A stretch of 62,429 nt of DNA, counting the filler, from Asterionella formosa (Eukaryota): the NCBI GenBank assembly GCA_002256025.1. It is 19 parts of 19 records of this genome, joined end to end, with 100 filler letters (N's around TTAATTAATTAA, not from the genome) between each part and the next. Parts side by side here need not be neighbours in the genome. Positions count along the whole stretch, not along the records: positions 24,507 to 26,288 come from NKIB01001203.1; positions 26,389 to 28,170 come from NKIB01001204.1; positions 28,271 to 30,050 come from NKIB01001206.1; positions 30,151 to 58,674 come from NKIB01001207.1; 15 more parts are not named here. The stretch is one strand, 5' to 3'. A model generated the notes under the pieces. It made no database searches and was not told the DNA's origin. It worked only from the letters and a program-made list of their open reading frames with translations. Positions 24,764 through 37,454 of this stretch are shown here, one piece after another (positions within the stretch are counted from its first letter, which is position 1; every line of letters starts with the position of its first letter). Made by a program: the position numbers and the translations under genes.

Positions 24764-25511
24764 ATGAGCGCCACCCCAGACGCAACGACAAGCGGCAGCT
24801 TAGCGAGTGGACGCGGCAGCACCGGTGGGAGAGGGCGAAGGGACAACCGTCCGCGCGGGAGCCGTGGTGGCCGGGCAAAGACACAAGCAACAAGCAACAG
24901 CTTTGGCATTTTTAAGGGCAGCACAGAGGGCATGAACGGAAACGTATTTGAACGCTATGAAGAACAAAGTGACAGACGCCAGTACGCCAAAACGTTAGAA
25001 GTTCTAGACGGATATGTGAGGAAAACACTGAAGTACTCTGAAGACCTTGCCCCTTTGTTTGCCGACACCATGGCGGTTCCCATGGTAGACATGCCAGATG
25101 ACCTAGATGACGATGCAGGACTGACCATGAAAATGATTTTCGCAGAAGAAGTAAAAACGTATGTCAAGCGCAATCATACCCTGAAGAGCAACCTAGCAAC
25201 AGTGTATGCGGTGATTTGGGGCCAGTGTAGTGATGAAATGAAGGCAAAGGTCAAAACGCACGATGACTACAAGGACAAGACTGCCAACAACGATTGTTTT
25301 TGGCTTCTAAAACAGATCAAGTCGATTACTCTACAGTTCGATCAGAGCAGGAATGGTTTCATTGCACTTTTGGACGCCCAGACCAGTTTCCTCAATTGTC
25401 GTCAGTTACAAGGACAGTCCGCAGAAGACTACGTCGAGTGTTTGCGAGGATGGGCTGAGACCATTGAGTACCATGGCGGCACCGTGGCAGCAAATTACAA
25501 ACTGGTACCCT
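24764..25511 (+). mobile_element. Copia (CoDi-like) gag, truncated by an AT-rich insertion
   Basis: RG-rich N-terminus, FKGSTEGMNGNVF, VYAVIWGQCSDEMKAKV, DCFWLLKQIK; abrupt switch to AT-rich DNA near 25512. Confidence 0.85.
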
Positions 25512-26288
25512 TGTCTGCAAATAAAAAATATCATGAAAATATGATCAAGGGTATCGTATGCTAGCTAAGTGGCACAGGATTTTCGTATATATGATAATTT
25601 TTTGATCAAAAATATGATCAAAGTATCTTGTATCTATGATGATTTATTAATATGTTACCAACCTTGAAGTATAATGATAATAAGAACATTATCATCACAC
25701 AATGTATATAAACTGATCAACAACATTTCCCATCAATATCATAAATCTTCTCATATTATTTTCACTTCTCGTGATCGCCCGATGTAAATTATAACTACAA
25801 CGTATCCTAAAACCAGCTCAACTCTATGCTATCATGTGAATTGTTTCATCGTAAATCTATGCTAAACATGATCATAATTCTAATCACAAGCATTGTTCAA
25901 AATAGATTAAAATGGATCATAATTTAACTATCAAGTTAAGCAATGCTATCTATTAATCTACATGCCAGCAACCCAATGTTTCTCTCTCTACTCGGCTCAA
26001 TGTATATTGATCCTGTCTCGCCCTTTCCTTCCTCTATTCTGAATCTTGCGCCATGCAGTGCTTAATGTCTCGCATTTGTCCCTGCAATTAGTGACACTCT
26101 GAACTCACCGACTATTCCGTTGTTTGATTGGTTTTATTGTCCTATGCATGCAGTTACAGTTACAATGAGAAGGAATGGTTTGTTAGCTAGTCATGTTACA
26201 TTGACACAATAACACGCAATTCCATCGTATCCTCTTGCTTCACTTACCACAAATCAATGCAACTGATGCATAAGTCTGTAATAGTAAC
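25512..26288 (+). repeat. AT-rich non-coding insertion; continues as the repeat at 22625-23990
   Basis: Compositional break; last 110 nt match the start of the contig at 22625. Confidence 0.7.
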
Positions 26289-27019
26289 NNNNNNNNNNNN
26301 NNNNNNNNNNNNNNNNNNNNNNNNNNNNNNNNTTAATTAATTAANNNNNNNNNNNNNNNNNNNNNNNNNNNNNNNNNNNNNNNNNNNNTCTAGTGCACAC
26401 ATTGCCAATGCAGCACGCCGGTTATCATCTTGCACTTTGCGCTTAGCAGTATTTGTCACTGCTCTTTGAGAGAAACAACGGCTTCTAGTTCCCGTTGTCA
26501 TTGTAGAATAATCAGAATGTTAGAATGGTAATAAGATTGAATTAAAACAGAGCAACTATATATTTTAGAGCATCATAAAAAGCACTCTCAAACTTGCTTC
26601 CGAGACATCATATCTGATCTTCACGTAGAAAACATACTAAAAAATAAATTTTTGAAGAATAACTGAATATAACGTAGGAAAATAGCACCAAAAATGTGAC
26701 AACAATGGCGCAAAATGGACTTCTTACCGGCGCAACCCATGAATCTTGTTCCCCAACAGTCCAATCAACGATATTATCGATGAGCAATCATCCGATTCGT
26801 CAGTATCCAACAGATCGGATGATGAATTTCGAGACTTTTTGAGATCAATTGAATTGGGAACAGTGATTTTGGCACCACTGCGACGAAGTAGGTATGATGT
26901 CACAACATGAATTCCACAAGAAGAAGAGTCGTCCAACAACCAACCACATCCGTTTGAAGACCAGTTGCTACTGGAGTCATCAAGGAACACATTTTGCTTC
27001 AAATGAGGCATGATGGTAA

Positions 27020-28170
27020 ATGATTTACTGTGTCAAAGCTGTATTTCCGCTCTCACATTTTAGAAAGCCTTACCTTAATTATGATGATTGCCTCAAGTCC
27101 ATGGTATGGAAAATGGGCAAAGCGTTTGGTGTCAGAGGGTCGATAGGAATGTGCGATTTGACATTCAATAAGGTGACAGTTGGTTTGATGGACGGATCAC
27201 AAACTGTCGTGCTACGACATCCAAGTGAAGTCGAAAAAATAATGCCCTGACGTTGCAAAATACTGAGCGGAAGTACCAAGGTCTACAGGAACGAACTATG
27301 ATCGAGGATACAGGCAACCCTACATGAATAGTGAAATTAATACATCACTACCGGGATAACCTCTGTTCGCCCGAGATGGTAATTAGCAACCAACCGTTTC
27401 TTCGGCGACGCGCTCCTGAGAAGGAACTCAAGGTATGTAAATTATGTGTGTAATCCCTTGTACACACCGGTGATTCATTATACCTGGTGCCAAATTTGTA
27501 CTGGTGATTTGTTGTGCATACTATGGACTAACTCATGTGCGTCTTTTTCTACATGGCTCCTCGTATATCTATCACTAAGAACCGACGCAAGCTAGGGCTA
27601 ACATACGAGGCAGGACACAAGAAGGGAGACTGTTTTGGTAAAGGCTATGCTACAAGACTATGTGTCGACCTAGCAACAGCTGCAGGCATGGATAATGCTG
27701 CTCGTTGCACTGCCCATGGGAGGAGGAAGAGTATGATCTCTTCCCTTGTCAACTCTTGTGTTTCCTTACCTACAAAAATAATTCTCGACAAATCCAGGCA
27801 TGGATCAGCTGAAATCAATGCCAGATACCAGCTGCCATCAAAGGAAATGCAGCATCAAGCAAGGCTAGCAGTTTTTGAAAAATTTGAAGACAATGAGGAC
27901 CAGCATAAAACTCCCGAGAAATATTCTTCCGACCTTGCAGTTGTTCCTCCTGATGTCAAGAAATCGGATGCAATTTCCATTCCCAATGACGATCCTATTG
28001 TTGATTGTAAAGTTGTTTTGTTGCCCTCCTCTACCAACCCAAATCCTCATGCTCATCCTCCAGGAGCTCCCATCCACTACTACTCCCACCATCTGCTTCA
28101 AACTCCTCAACACATATACAGTTCTGGTCCGCCGCCTCCTGCACAACATGCAATCTACCATCCCGGCCCC
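27020..28170 (+). pseudogene. Crypton-like tyrosine recombinase pseudogene with intron 27433-27579
   Basis: Catalytic-like GVRG, TAHGRR (HxxR) and SRHGS..ARYQ; GTATGT..AG intron joins FLRRRAPEKELK|NRRKLG in frame; stops upstream of the intron (e.g. 27248-27250). Confidence 0.75.
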
Positions 28171-28270
28171 NNNNNNNNNNNNNNNNNNNNNNNNNNNNNN
28201 NNNNNNNNNNNNNNTTAATTAATTAANNNNNNNNNNNNNNNNNNNNNNNNNNNNNNNNNNNNNNNNNNNN

Positions 28271-28609
28271 ACAACATGATATGGTGACCGTTCCATGGTG
28301 TTTGTTATTGTTTCCAGACAGAGATATGGATATTATCTAGTTCTATACTCTTTCCCAAGTAATTGGTCTGTTCCACAACATGGAAAGGTGTTACAGTTGT
28401 AACCTAATTGAATTTCCAGTACTAGTGGAAACAGTCACTATAAATATGTGTGTTTTGCTACAACATGATATGGTGACCGTTCCATGGTGTTTGTTATTGT
28501 TTCCAGACAGAGATATGGATATTATCTAGTTCTATACTCTTTCCCAAGTAATTGGTCTGTTCCACAACATGGAAAGGTGTTACAGTTGTAACCTAATTGA
28601 ATTTCCAGT
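28271..28609. repeat. Tandem duplication, 189-bp period
   Basis: acaacatgatatggtgacc at 28271 and 28460; copies appear identical. Confidence 0.95.
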
Positions 28610-28614
28610 ATTTC

Positions 28615-29741
28615 GCCTACACACTAGTACACGGTGATGATTGTTACCACTACTTATTTGTCAATAACTTCATCAATATTGGAGCAATCCATACCTCAGA
28701 AACACTCAACTCATTGGAAGATAGTACCGAATAGATGGTATTCCGTTGATATACAATGGATCAATGCTACTCATCATTTACATGTCACAGCCCGGATTTT
28801 TTCACCTACACCCTACACGGGCGGTGATGATTTTTACCACTACTTATTTGTCAATATCTTCATCAATATTGAAGCAATCCATACCTAAGAAACACTCAAC
28901 TCATTGGAAGATAGTACCGACTAAGATCCAAGTAGCAGAACACACACAATCAGGGCAGGTCCCATGGTTACACACAGATAAAACACAACTGAGAAACCAA
29001 GAAAACAAATCACAAAAGATAACAAAGCAATTCACAACAAAACTCAGAAAAGCGCAAGACAACCAGCCAAAGGTTACAATCAAAGATACAGGCAACAACA
29101 AGAAATCCAGACATAGAGTCTCAAATCACATGGGGAGACAAACCCATAGCCATAGAGGACAGAACCCTCAGACTCTAATTCCAAAACATCAAGGGGCTAC
29201 ATCTCCAAAGGAAAAAAGTATTGTTCAACAAATATACCGGTAGATCAGTAAAAATTGTCAATAGTCCTGTGCCAGTGAAAGTATTGTTCAACAAATATAG
29301 ATCAGTAAATATTGTCAAGAGTCCAATCTTGCCTACATATTTTATCTAACCCTAGTAGCATTCTGTGGATAACACATATGGACCACTATTATGTCATCAG
29401 TACTTAGAAATCTTGAGGAACTGATCCATTGAATGCATCTAGATAATTGAGACTTGTCAAGAGTCCAATCTCTGTGGGAAGTGTGCCATTGAAAGTATTG
29501 TCAGACATCATTTACATGTCACAGCCCGGATTTTTTCACCTACACCCTACACGGTGATGATTGTTACCACTGCTGATTTGTCAATAACTTCATCAATATT
29601 GGAGAAATCAATACCTAAGAACCACTCATCTCATTGGAAGATAGTACCGAATAAGATGGTATTCCGTTGATTCATAATGGATCAATGCTTCTAATCATTT
29701 ACATGTCACAGCCAGGATTTTTTCACCTACACCCTACACGG
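28615..29741. repeat. Interrupted array of 187-190-bp units
   Basis: tacttatttgtcaata at 28651 and 28841; tcatttacatgtcacagcc at 29508 and 29695. Confidence 0.9.
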
Positions 29742-30050
29742 CATCTAAGACGCGAAATACGCCACTTTTCGAAATTTCGTCTACGTATGAGGGTTAATAA
29801 TGTGGTACTTCACATGCAATTATGCCACTCTTCACGTAAAAAAGATTACTTTTAACGGTTTCATGTGAAGTTTTAACTGCTTCATGTGAGTTTTCACAAT
29901 GACTTTTGAACGCGAGACTGAATTAGTTGATGTTTCAAATAATTCATTTGACTTTTCGAAATTTCGTTTACGTACGAGTGTTAATTATGTGGTACTTCAC
30001 ATGCATTAATGCCACTCTTCACGTAAAAAGGTTACTTTTAACGGTTTCAT
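29742..30050 (+). mobile_element. CATCTA-ended element (D), inserted in the 190-bp array
   Basis: Host unit ccctacacgg is followed by CATCTAAGACGCG instead of tgatga; internal 187-bp period (29764/29951). Confidence 0.88.
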
Positions 30051-30150
30051 NNNNNNNNNNNNNNNNNNNNNNNNNNNNNNNNNNNNNNNNNNNNTTAATT
30101 AATTAANNNNNNNNNNNNNNNNNNNNNNNNNNNNNNNNNNNNNNNNNNNN

Positions 30151-30382
30151 AAAAATTATGTGGGTTTCTAAAATAATTATGGAAGTTGTCGAAACTATTT
30201 TAGTTCACTCCGTCCATATATATTGTATGATGCATCATATTTTTTTGTGATGTCATACCCTTAAATTATGTACGTAGTAGCTAAATTCGTCATATTGGGC
30301 CACCCAAATAATTAATTTGGGTGATCATATTTGACTAGCGTTTTTTTTGTGGCGGCTGTACCAGTAATCAGCGTTGTAGATG
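30151..30382 (-). mobile_element. AT-rich element with CATCTAC terminus (E), abutting copia RT
   Basis: Ends GCGTTGTAGATG (compare GCGTCTTAGATG in B and D) at the switch to RT-like sequence. Confidence 0.5.
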
Positions 30383-31315
30383 CTGCAGACAATAACCACA
30401 TCAAAGCCCTTGACACCATCTTGTGTCCTACCACAGGCTGAACATCTGGCACTGGAAACAAGTTATTCTCGATATCGGGGAGCCATTGGTGAACTCATAT
30501 GGGCCATGATTACCTGTCATCTTGAACTCAGTTTCCTGTTGTTAAATTGAGTCAATTCTCCAACCACCCTGCTGCCCTTCACTAGTATCAAGCTGTCAAA
30601 TGTGTCTTCAACTATCTTGCTGGCACTCTGGACCATGGTCTCACATACTGGCACCCTTCATCTCATCCTGAACTCCCTAGCATCTCTCCCCCTTCTCGGC
30701 TTGCCAACCCAGCTGATCAACAGCTTCATCATGATGTCTCTGAGGCCAGTGAACGCTATTCCCCTTTTTCTGTTTTTGGCTATGTTGACTCTGATTGTTG
30801 GGCTACTGACATATGGCACCAATGATCAATCTCTGGCATTGTTTTTAAACTTACTGGTGCTGCCATTTCCTGCAAATGCCGTGTACAACCCACTATTTCA
30901 TTGAGTTCCACTGAAGCCGAATTTTTGGCTGCTAGTAATGCTGGAAAAATGGCCCTGTACCTCCAATCCATCCTTGATGAACTCCATGTTCCCCAGACAT
31001 TTGCTACCCTCCTCCACAAAGATAATTGCGGTGCCTTGCTTATGGACCATGCTGGTCAACCCACTAAGCAATCTCATCATATTGATATATGACATTAGTA
31101 TGCTCTCACTGACTGGGTTGAGCGCGATCTGGTTGCTCTTGAAGGTGTTGCATCTGGTCTCAATGCAGCAGATGCCATCACCAAACAAACTGGTGGAATT
31201 CTTTTTGCCTGGCATCTTGACAACATCACTGGGCATCTCGCCCCACTGTATGTTTCATCTGTCACACTTGCTTCTTCCCTCAAACCTGCCCTTCTTTGAG
31301 CGGGGGGGGGGGGGG
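30383..31315 (+). pseudogene. Degraded copia RT/RNase H followed by poly-G PPT
   Basis: YRGAIGELIWAMITC, GYVDSD..WATD..SISG, SSTEAEFLAASNAGK, HHIDI, NAADAITK; many stops and frameshifts; G-run at 31302-31316. Confidence 0.9.
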
Positions 31316-32773
31316 TTGGTGCTGTGGTACACAATCTGTGATTTATGGTCAGTGTGGTTTACACCTGAACCGTCTGTCCTACCTACCTACAGTAGAATAA
31401 TATATCACGTAGTCATAATTTTGCTTTTCATCTTTTGATATTGCATTCACACTGGATAATAAATGCGGTGACAATAGCGGTGGGAGCCGAACAAGGACAA
31501 GAGTGAAGGCACCTGCCTCGACAGAAGTAACAGGTACCCCTGGTACCAAGTACGACGTGGTACGAAACAACCTCCCAAACCGTGTTAATGCGGAGTATCC
31601 CTCTATTGGGTGGTTACTTCGTCCTGGTATGGTCACACGCTGGTTCGAGTATTTTTTAAGTCTAAATTCAACTGGCACGACTGGAGCTACGTTGTATTGG
31701 TAGTTACAGCAAAAATGAAATGGACGCGTCACAAGGTCACAGCTAGACCAATCAGGATCTGGTACCAGGTACCAGGGGTAAAAATGTGAAGAAGACGATG
31801 ATTGAACGTAATCATAGTACTGGTGCTGGTACCAGGATACCTGGTACGGTACCTGGCACCTGCTACCGGTATCGTTGGAGTTGTCCTGCGAATATTTAAG
31901 TCTAAATTTACCTACGTATCATATTTATTAGTATAGTATGGAGGGGGAAAATATGCTGTGCCCTTGATACTAACTGAATAAAATTAAAGGTTACAGCATA
32001 CCGTAGTCCATGGTATGGATCATGTTACCAGGTAGTCTACCAGGTACCGGTACCCAGTATAGAAGTGGGCAGGACAGGTACCTGGTACCAGGTACCGACA
32101 ACGAAGCAACGAGACATAGAGCGAAGATGTTTCATGTACAGGTACCTGGTTACCTGGTACCTGGTGCCAGTAATACCAGGTAGACGCTAATAAACCGGCA
32201 TTGCTCCATTCCTTCCCTGTAAAGTCTAGTACTGGGTAACTTTCTTCGATACAACAGCATACCGGTAGAATCGTACATACGCTTTTGGTAAATTGCTGAC
32301 ATCATCAAATTGGATACATAGAGAGATGCTGACATCATTGTAGGCACGAGCGAACCACTTCGAGCACAAGGAAAACAGATTTTCTATTTCACTTTTTGAT
32401 TACCGGGTACGACACTGTGAACAACTGCCTCATAAAACAAAATCATCAACACTCGCAGATCTAAACCAACAGATAATCGTCTGGAACACAATGTAAGTGC
32501 AATTCTATATCTCAGGAGGATATCAGAAAAGTGCAATATCTGCAGCGTGACAAGGCGCTCTGGTTCGCATGTCCGAAAACAGGAGGTGTCAAGGAATGTC
32601 GATTTTCAGATGCTTGACACTGGGCTTCGCATTTTCCTTTCATCGTCCGGTGATGCGTCAAATTTCAATCTTTGGGTTGGATTGCCCTAATTAATTAGCC
32701 TGTTTGACTCTTCGAAATATCTCACACTGTTGATGCTAAAACACGCCACAATCACGATCTTTCAGCAAAGAAG

Positions 32774-34105
32774 ATGCAGGCAAATTTGATGCCAGTTATG
32801 GAAACAGGCCAAGTGCGGAAACGCAATGTCTTGGACGTACTTCAAACTCTCAAGCAGCAGAATTTCAGCAGTATCGCCAAGAAGGTCCTTGTTCGGGTCG
32901 ACTTCAATGTTCCAATGTCACCCGACGGCGAAATCACCGATGACTCGCGTATTCGTGGTGCTCTCCCTACCATCAACGCCATTCTCCATGCGAACTGTAA
33001 CGCTGTTCTCGTCTCCCATATGGGACGCCCAGATCTCGTGCAAAAGGGGGAAGATAACGAAGAAACTAGAGCACAACGTGCCAATCTTTCTCTGCGCCCT
33101 GTCGCGGCTCGACTGGCCACTCTTCTTCACAAAGATGTCATTTTTGGCGAAGACTGCATAGGAGTCAAGGCCGACATTGCCATTAGCAAACTACCACCAT
33201 CCGGAGGAGGCGTTCTTCTACTTGAAAACCTTCGTTTCTACAAGGACGAGGAGAAAAATAAGAGCAGCTTTGCCCAGTTATTGGCATCCCACGGTGATGC
33301 CTATGTGAATGATGCATTTGGGACTTGCCATCGAGCACACGCCAGTGTCAGTGGCGTTCCTGCCCTCATGGACCCTACGTTGTGTGGAGTTGGCTGCCTT
33401 GTCGCATCTGAGATTGCATTTCTGGATTTTTCTTCGCTGCAAGAAGGAGATAAAGTTGCTGCCATCATTGGTGGTTCCAAGGTCTCCACGAAGCTTCCAG
33501 TAATCCAGGGGCTCTTGAAGCAGGTTAACACGCTAGTCCTTGGCGGTGGACTTGCCTTCACTTTCTTAAAGGCTCAAGGTATCAATATTGGTGACAGTCT
33601 CGTTGAAGAGAGCATGGTGGGTACCGCCATGGACCTTCTCAAGCAAGCTGAAGAAATTGGCACAAAGATTGTGCTTCCTGTTGACGCTGTTTGTTCCCAG
33701 GGATTTCCAAAGGGGCCCATGAAGCTGGAAGACACTAAGACTTTCGACTTGGTTCCCGGTGGAGGAATCGACGATGGCTGGATGGGTCTTGATGTTGGCC
33801 CGAAGACCGTTGCATTGTTGAATGAATCGCTGTCTGGATCTGCCAAGTTAGTTTTCAACGGACCCATGGGTGTGTTTGAGATTAAACCATTCGACATTGG
33901 AACTGAAGGACTCGTCAATGTACTTATCGACCTTACCAAAGCTGGCTGCGTGACAGTTGTCGGTGGAGGCGATAGTGTTGCTGCATTGGAACTTTTCGGA
34001 AAGACAAAAGAAGTAAGCTACGTGTCCACTGGAGGAGGAGCGACATTGGAATTATTGGCTGGTGATGTCCTCCCTGGAGTTGCTGCCATTGCTGATTTTG
34101 AGTAA
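32774..34105 (+). CDS. PGK: Phosphoglycerate kinase, probably cytosolic
   Basis: VRVDFNVP, SHMGRP, LLENLRF, VNDAFGTCHRAHAS, GGSKVSTK, NGPMGVFE, GGGDS, STGGGA; no targeting presequence; possible 5'UTR intron 32493-32765. Confidence 0.98.
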   Translation: MQANLMPVMETGQVRKRNVLDVLQTLKQQNFSSIAKKVLVRVDFNVPMSPDGEITDDSRIRGALPTINAILHANCNAVLVSHMGRPDLVQKGEDNEETRAQRANLSLRPVAARLATLLHKDVIFGEDCIGVKADIAISKLPPSGGGVLLLENLRFYKDEEKNKSSFAQLLASHGDAYVNDAFGTCHRAHASVSGVPALMDPTLCGVGCLVASEIAFLDFSSLQEGDKVAAIIGGSKVSTKLPVIQGLLKQVNTLVLGGGLAFTFLKAQGINIGDSLVEESMVGTAMDLLKQAEEIGTKIVLPVDAVCSQGFPKGPMKLEDTKTFDLVPGGGIDDGWMGLDVGPKTVALLNESLSGSAKLVFNGPMGVFEIKPFDIGTEGLVNVLIDLTKAGCVTVVGGGDSVAALELFGKTKEVSYVSTGGGATLELLAGDVLPGVAAIADFE

Positions 34106-34169
34106 ATCAAGCAATTTCCTTGACAATAAATACAGTATTATAGGAACTTAGGGTATTAAAAGTCTTAAT

Positions 34170-37100
34170 TCAAATGTTAAAATGATCTGCCAACACACGC
34201 AAAATTCTCGTCGTTATTTCTTTTCCTCCGTCGGATTTGTTCAGCATTAGCGCGACAGCAAGACCAGATGGCCGGTGGAAGAAACCGATCGAGCCCCCGA
34301 TGCCAGCATGACCGAACCCTGATGGTGTATCTACTTTGTCCTGATCAAATCGAATGAGCTGATAGCCAAAACCAAGCATTGTTCTGTCATTGTCACTATC
34401 ATTGGTAATTGAAGTCGCCCCCTGCAATACATTTACGACACCATCAACTGATGTTACAGAGGTTACCATTTTGAGCGTTTCAGGCTTCAAAATTTCACCA
34501 ATGCCGAGGTCATGGTAGAAACTTGCTAGACCCATTGCTGAGAACCTACCACCAGCGGCGGGAACATTAGCATTTGTAGCAATATCACAGTTCCATACCC
34601 TCGAATCCAACAGAAACTCCTTTCCTTTGAAAGACTGAAAGAGCTCTTTGAAGACAAAGTCCTCTGCAGCACTATGCAGTTTCTCTTCTCCCATTGTCTC
34701 AGCTTCTCGCCGACGTTGCAACAGCTGGCTCACTTTGATATCCGCCGTGACTGTTTGGGCGAGAGGTAAACCTCCTGATCCTCCACAAGGGCGGAATCCA
34801 AACTTAAGAGTTTCTATTGATATTTTGGGTAGTAGAACAGCATTGTACACCTCTTCAAAGGTAACCCTCTCTCTGTTGTGCTTCCGAGCATACGCTCCAC
34901 ACAATGTTCCAGCGACAAGCCACCCGAAACTCATGAAATGATACTCAGCTTTTTCGCCTGGCTTTCGTGTTGGCAAGATAGTCTCTTCTGGCGCATCTTT
35001 ATTGTATTCGAAAGCTGCAACAGACTCTTCACAGGATGCCATGCTCTTGATTGTCATCTTGGCTGGCAAAGCTGCCCAAAGCCCAGATTTGTGAGTGAGA
35101 ATATCCTCGAGTGTCACTTGTCGCTTCCAACTCCACCTCTCGAGCAGGCTATCTCGTTCTAGCGGCAGAGAGTCCTCCAGCTCTGCTGGAGGGAAATCCG
35201 TTGGACAAAAGCTCGGCCATGCTCGCTTAGAGACAGGCTCATTGTACGAAATGTACCCCTCCTCAACCATAATGTGTGCCATTGTCGCGGCAATAGCTTT
35301 CGTGCACGAGTAACCCAAGATTAATGCATCATGTCTCATTGGAACATGCTTCTTCAGGCCTCCAAGGTCACCACCAACGACGCTAGCAAGAGTTTTTCCT
35401 TCTCTGTCAAGAACACAGATTTGTGCCCCGGAGATCATATTCTCCTTGTGCAATTGTTGAATAATTCTATCCAGCTTTGCATTAAGTGAAAGGTCATTGA
35501 TAGTCGGCAAAATAGGGATAGGCTGGTTTACCATGTACTGCTGCGACAACCGAAGACCTTGCTCCGCATACGGTTTCAGCAAATCTAAATAGGCCATTTC
35601 AACTCCAAATCGAGACCCCAGTCCATGAAGTAGCTCATTGACGCGAACAAAAAAGAAGAATTCACCTGGATAGGCCTTGCTATCCATGGGCACTTTCTCA
35701 CCCTTCTTTCTTGCCTTTACGCGAGCTTTGTCTGCTTTAATGTAATTCTTGATCCGCTTTCGACTCTTCTCTCGAGGCGCCATGTCACGAAGGAAGAATC
35801 GCATGCCTTCCAGATCCTCTGCAACGTTTTCTCGCTTCATCTTGAGACCAATGGTCTTGAAAGCATCGAGTAGCAATCCATAATCAAACGTAGCTGCTGC
35901 ATAAGCCATTTGGCAAAAGGCAATCCGCTTCTGCTCTGGCAACCGTTTTGCTAACCCCCAATCCAAAAGAACAACAGTAAATCCTTCCGTACTAGAACAA
36001 GTTGTCCCACGTCGAATAAAAATATTTCCTATGTATAGAAAGAAAAGAAACTTAGACATAAATTCATTCACAGATACGACCGACATCATTTATAAGACAT
36101 TGGGTGAAATTTCAAAGCACTCGATTCACGTACCTGGGTGAGGGTCGCCATTGAAAATGTCTGTAATATACATCATATGAGCAAAGGACTGCGCGACAGC
36201 ATCCATGACAGCGTCCCTAGACAAGTCCCATTCTTTCAGTTGTGAAAAATTGTCGACTCGTGTTCCTTCGCAAAAACTCATTGTCAATACATTAGCATCA
36301 CAAAGCTGCGTGACAGGGACAGGAATTTCTACCTGAAATGGTACCCCATTTGGCTCGGTCTTGTTGGAGTGAGTATGCATCACAACACCCTTGGGTGTGA
36401 ACGAGTCAATCGCCAACTTGGCGCTTCTAAGATTCTTGGCTTCAGTGACAAAGTTCAACTCCTTGCGAGCTTCTGTGGCCCACTCTCGCATGAGAATTTC
36501 AAAGAATTCATACTCTGGGTCCATCCAAGCAACTATGCGAGCAATGACTTTGAGAGACCAAAAATCATCCGTCATGAGAGTGCGAGCATGAGGGTGCTGT
36601 ACTTTAACCACCACTTTTTCCCCTGTGGACTTGACGCGGGCGGTGTGGACTTGACCGATTGATGCACTGGCAAGCGGTGTGGGGTCAATATCGACAAGTT
36701 CACGAAGCAATTTTGGCGACAGCATCCGCTTGACGTCGTCCCAAGAGGTTGCTGGCGCTTCATCCTGCAACTTCTTCAATTCTCGAACATATGATTCTGG
36801 CATAAAGTCGGCTCGGGAACTCAGGTACTGTGCTGATTTGGTCCAAAGTCCCTTCAGCCGAAGGATGGACACGTAAAGAAAGCGCGCCGAAATGTCATAA
36901 TTTGCATTCCAAATGGCATCTTCCGACATGTCTTCACCAAACTTGGCGACATCGTCTCTAGCATCAGTGACAAACATGTGCTCTCTCCATCGGCAGAGTT
37001 TCATGCGAGCAATGACAATGAATGCCACAGCGAAGACTTCGAAGCGACGGTGCACTGATCCATATGTCATACGATTATAAGCATATGGAACAAAAGTGAA

Positions 37101-37454
37101 GAGATATTTAAGAAAAGTCCAAGAAATGGAGTGAAATACGAGGCGGATTGCTGGAACTTTTATAAGAGCTGGAAGATACTTGTCCAGAAGTATTGGAATA
37201 CTGGCCATGACCCACCATAGAAATTTCCAATAGTAGTACATCGAAACGGCGGAGGAGACAATGGCAATGGCTCTTGCGGCAATATCAAGTTGCTGCACAG
37301 CTACCAAAATGTTCTGGGCTTCGAGGCAGGCGCATCTGTCTGACAACGTTTTGTTTTCCTTTTCTAATCTTTCTATTCGATCGTTGGCGCTTTCCTCCTC
37401 ATCCCGTGTCCAACCAGTCCGGTCTCCTTGCGGCAGCGACTCCTGATTTCCCAT
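34170..37454 (-). CDS. ABC1/UbiB atypical kinase fused to serine beta-lactamase-like domain; join(36134..37454,34170..36028)
   Basis: PLASASIGQVH, VVVKVQHP, GDPHPG|NIF across intron 36029-36133, LLDWGL; SCTK (SxxK), EYH, FGHAGIGGS; starts MGNQES. Confidence 0.92.
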
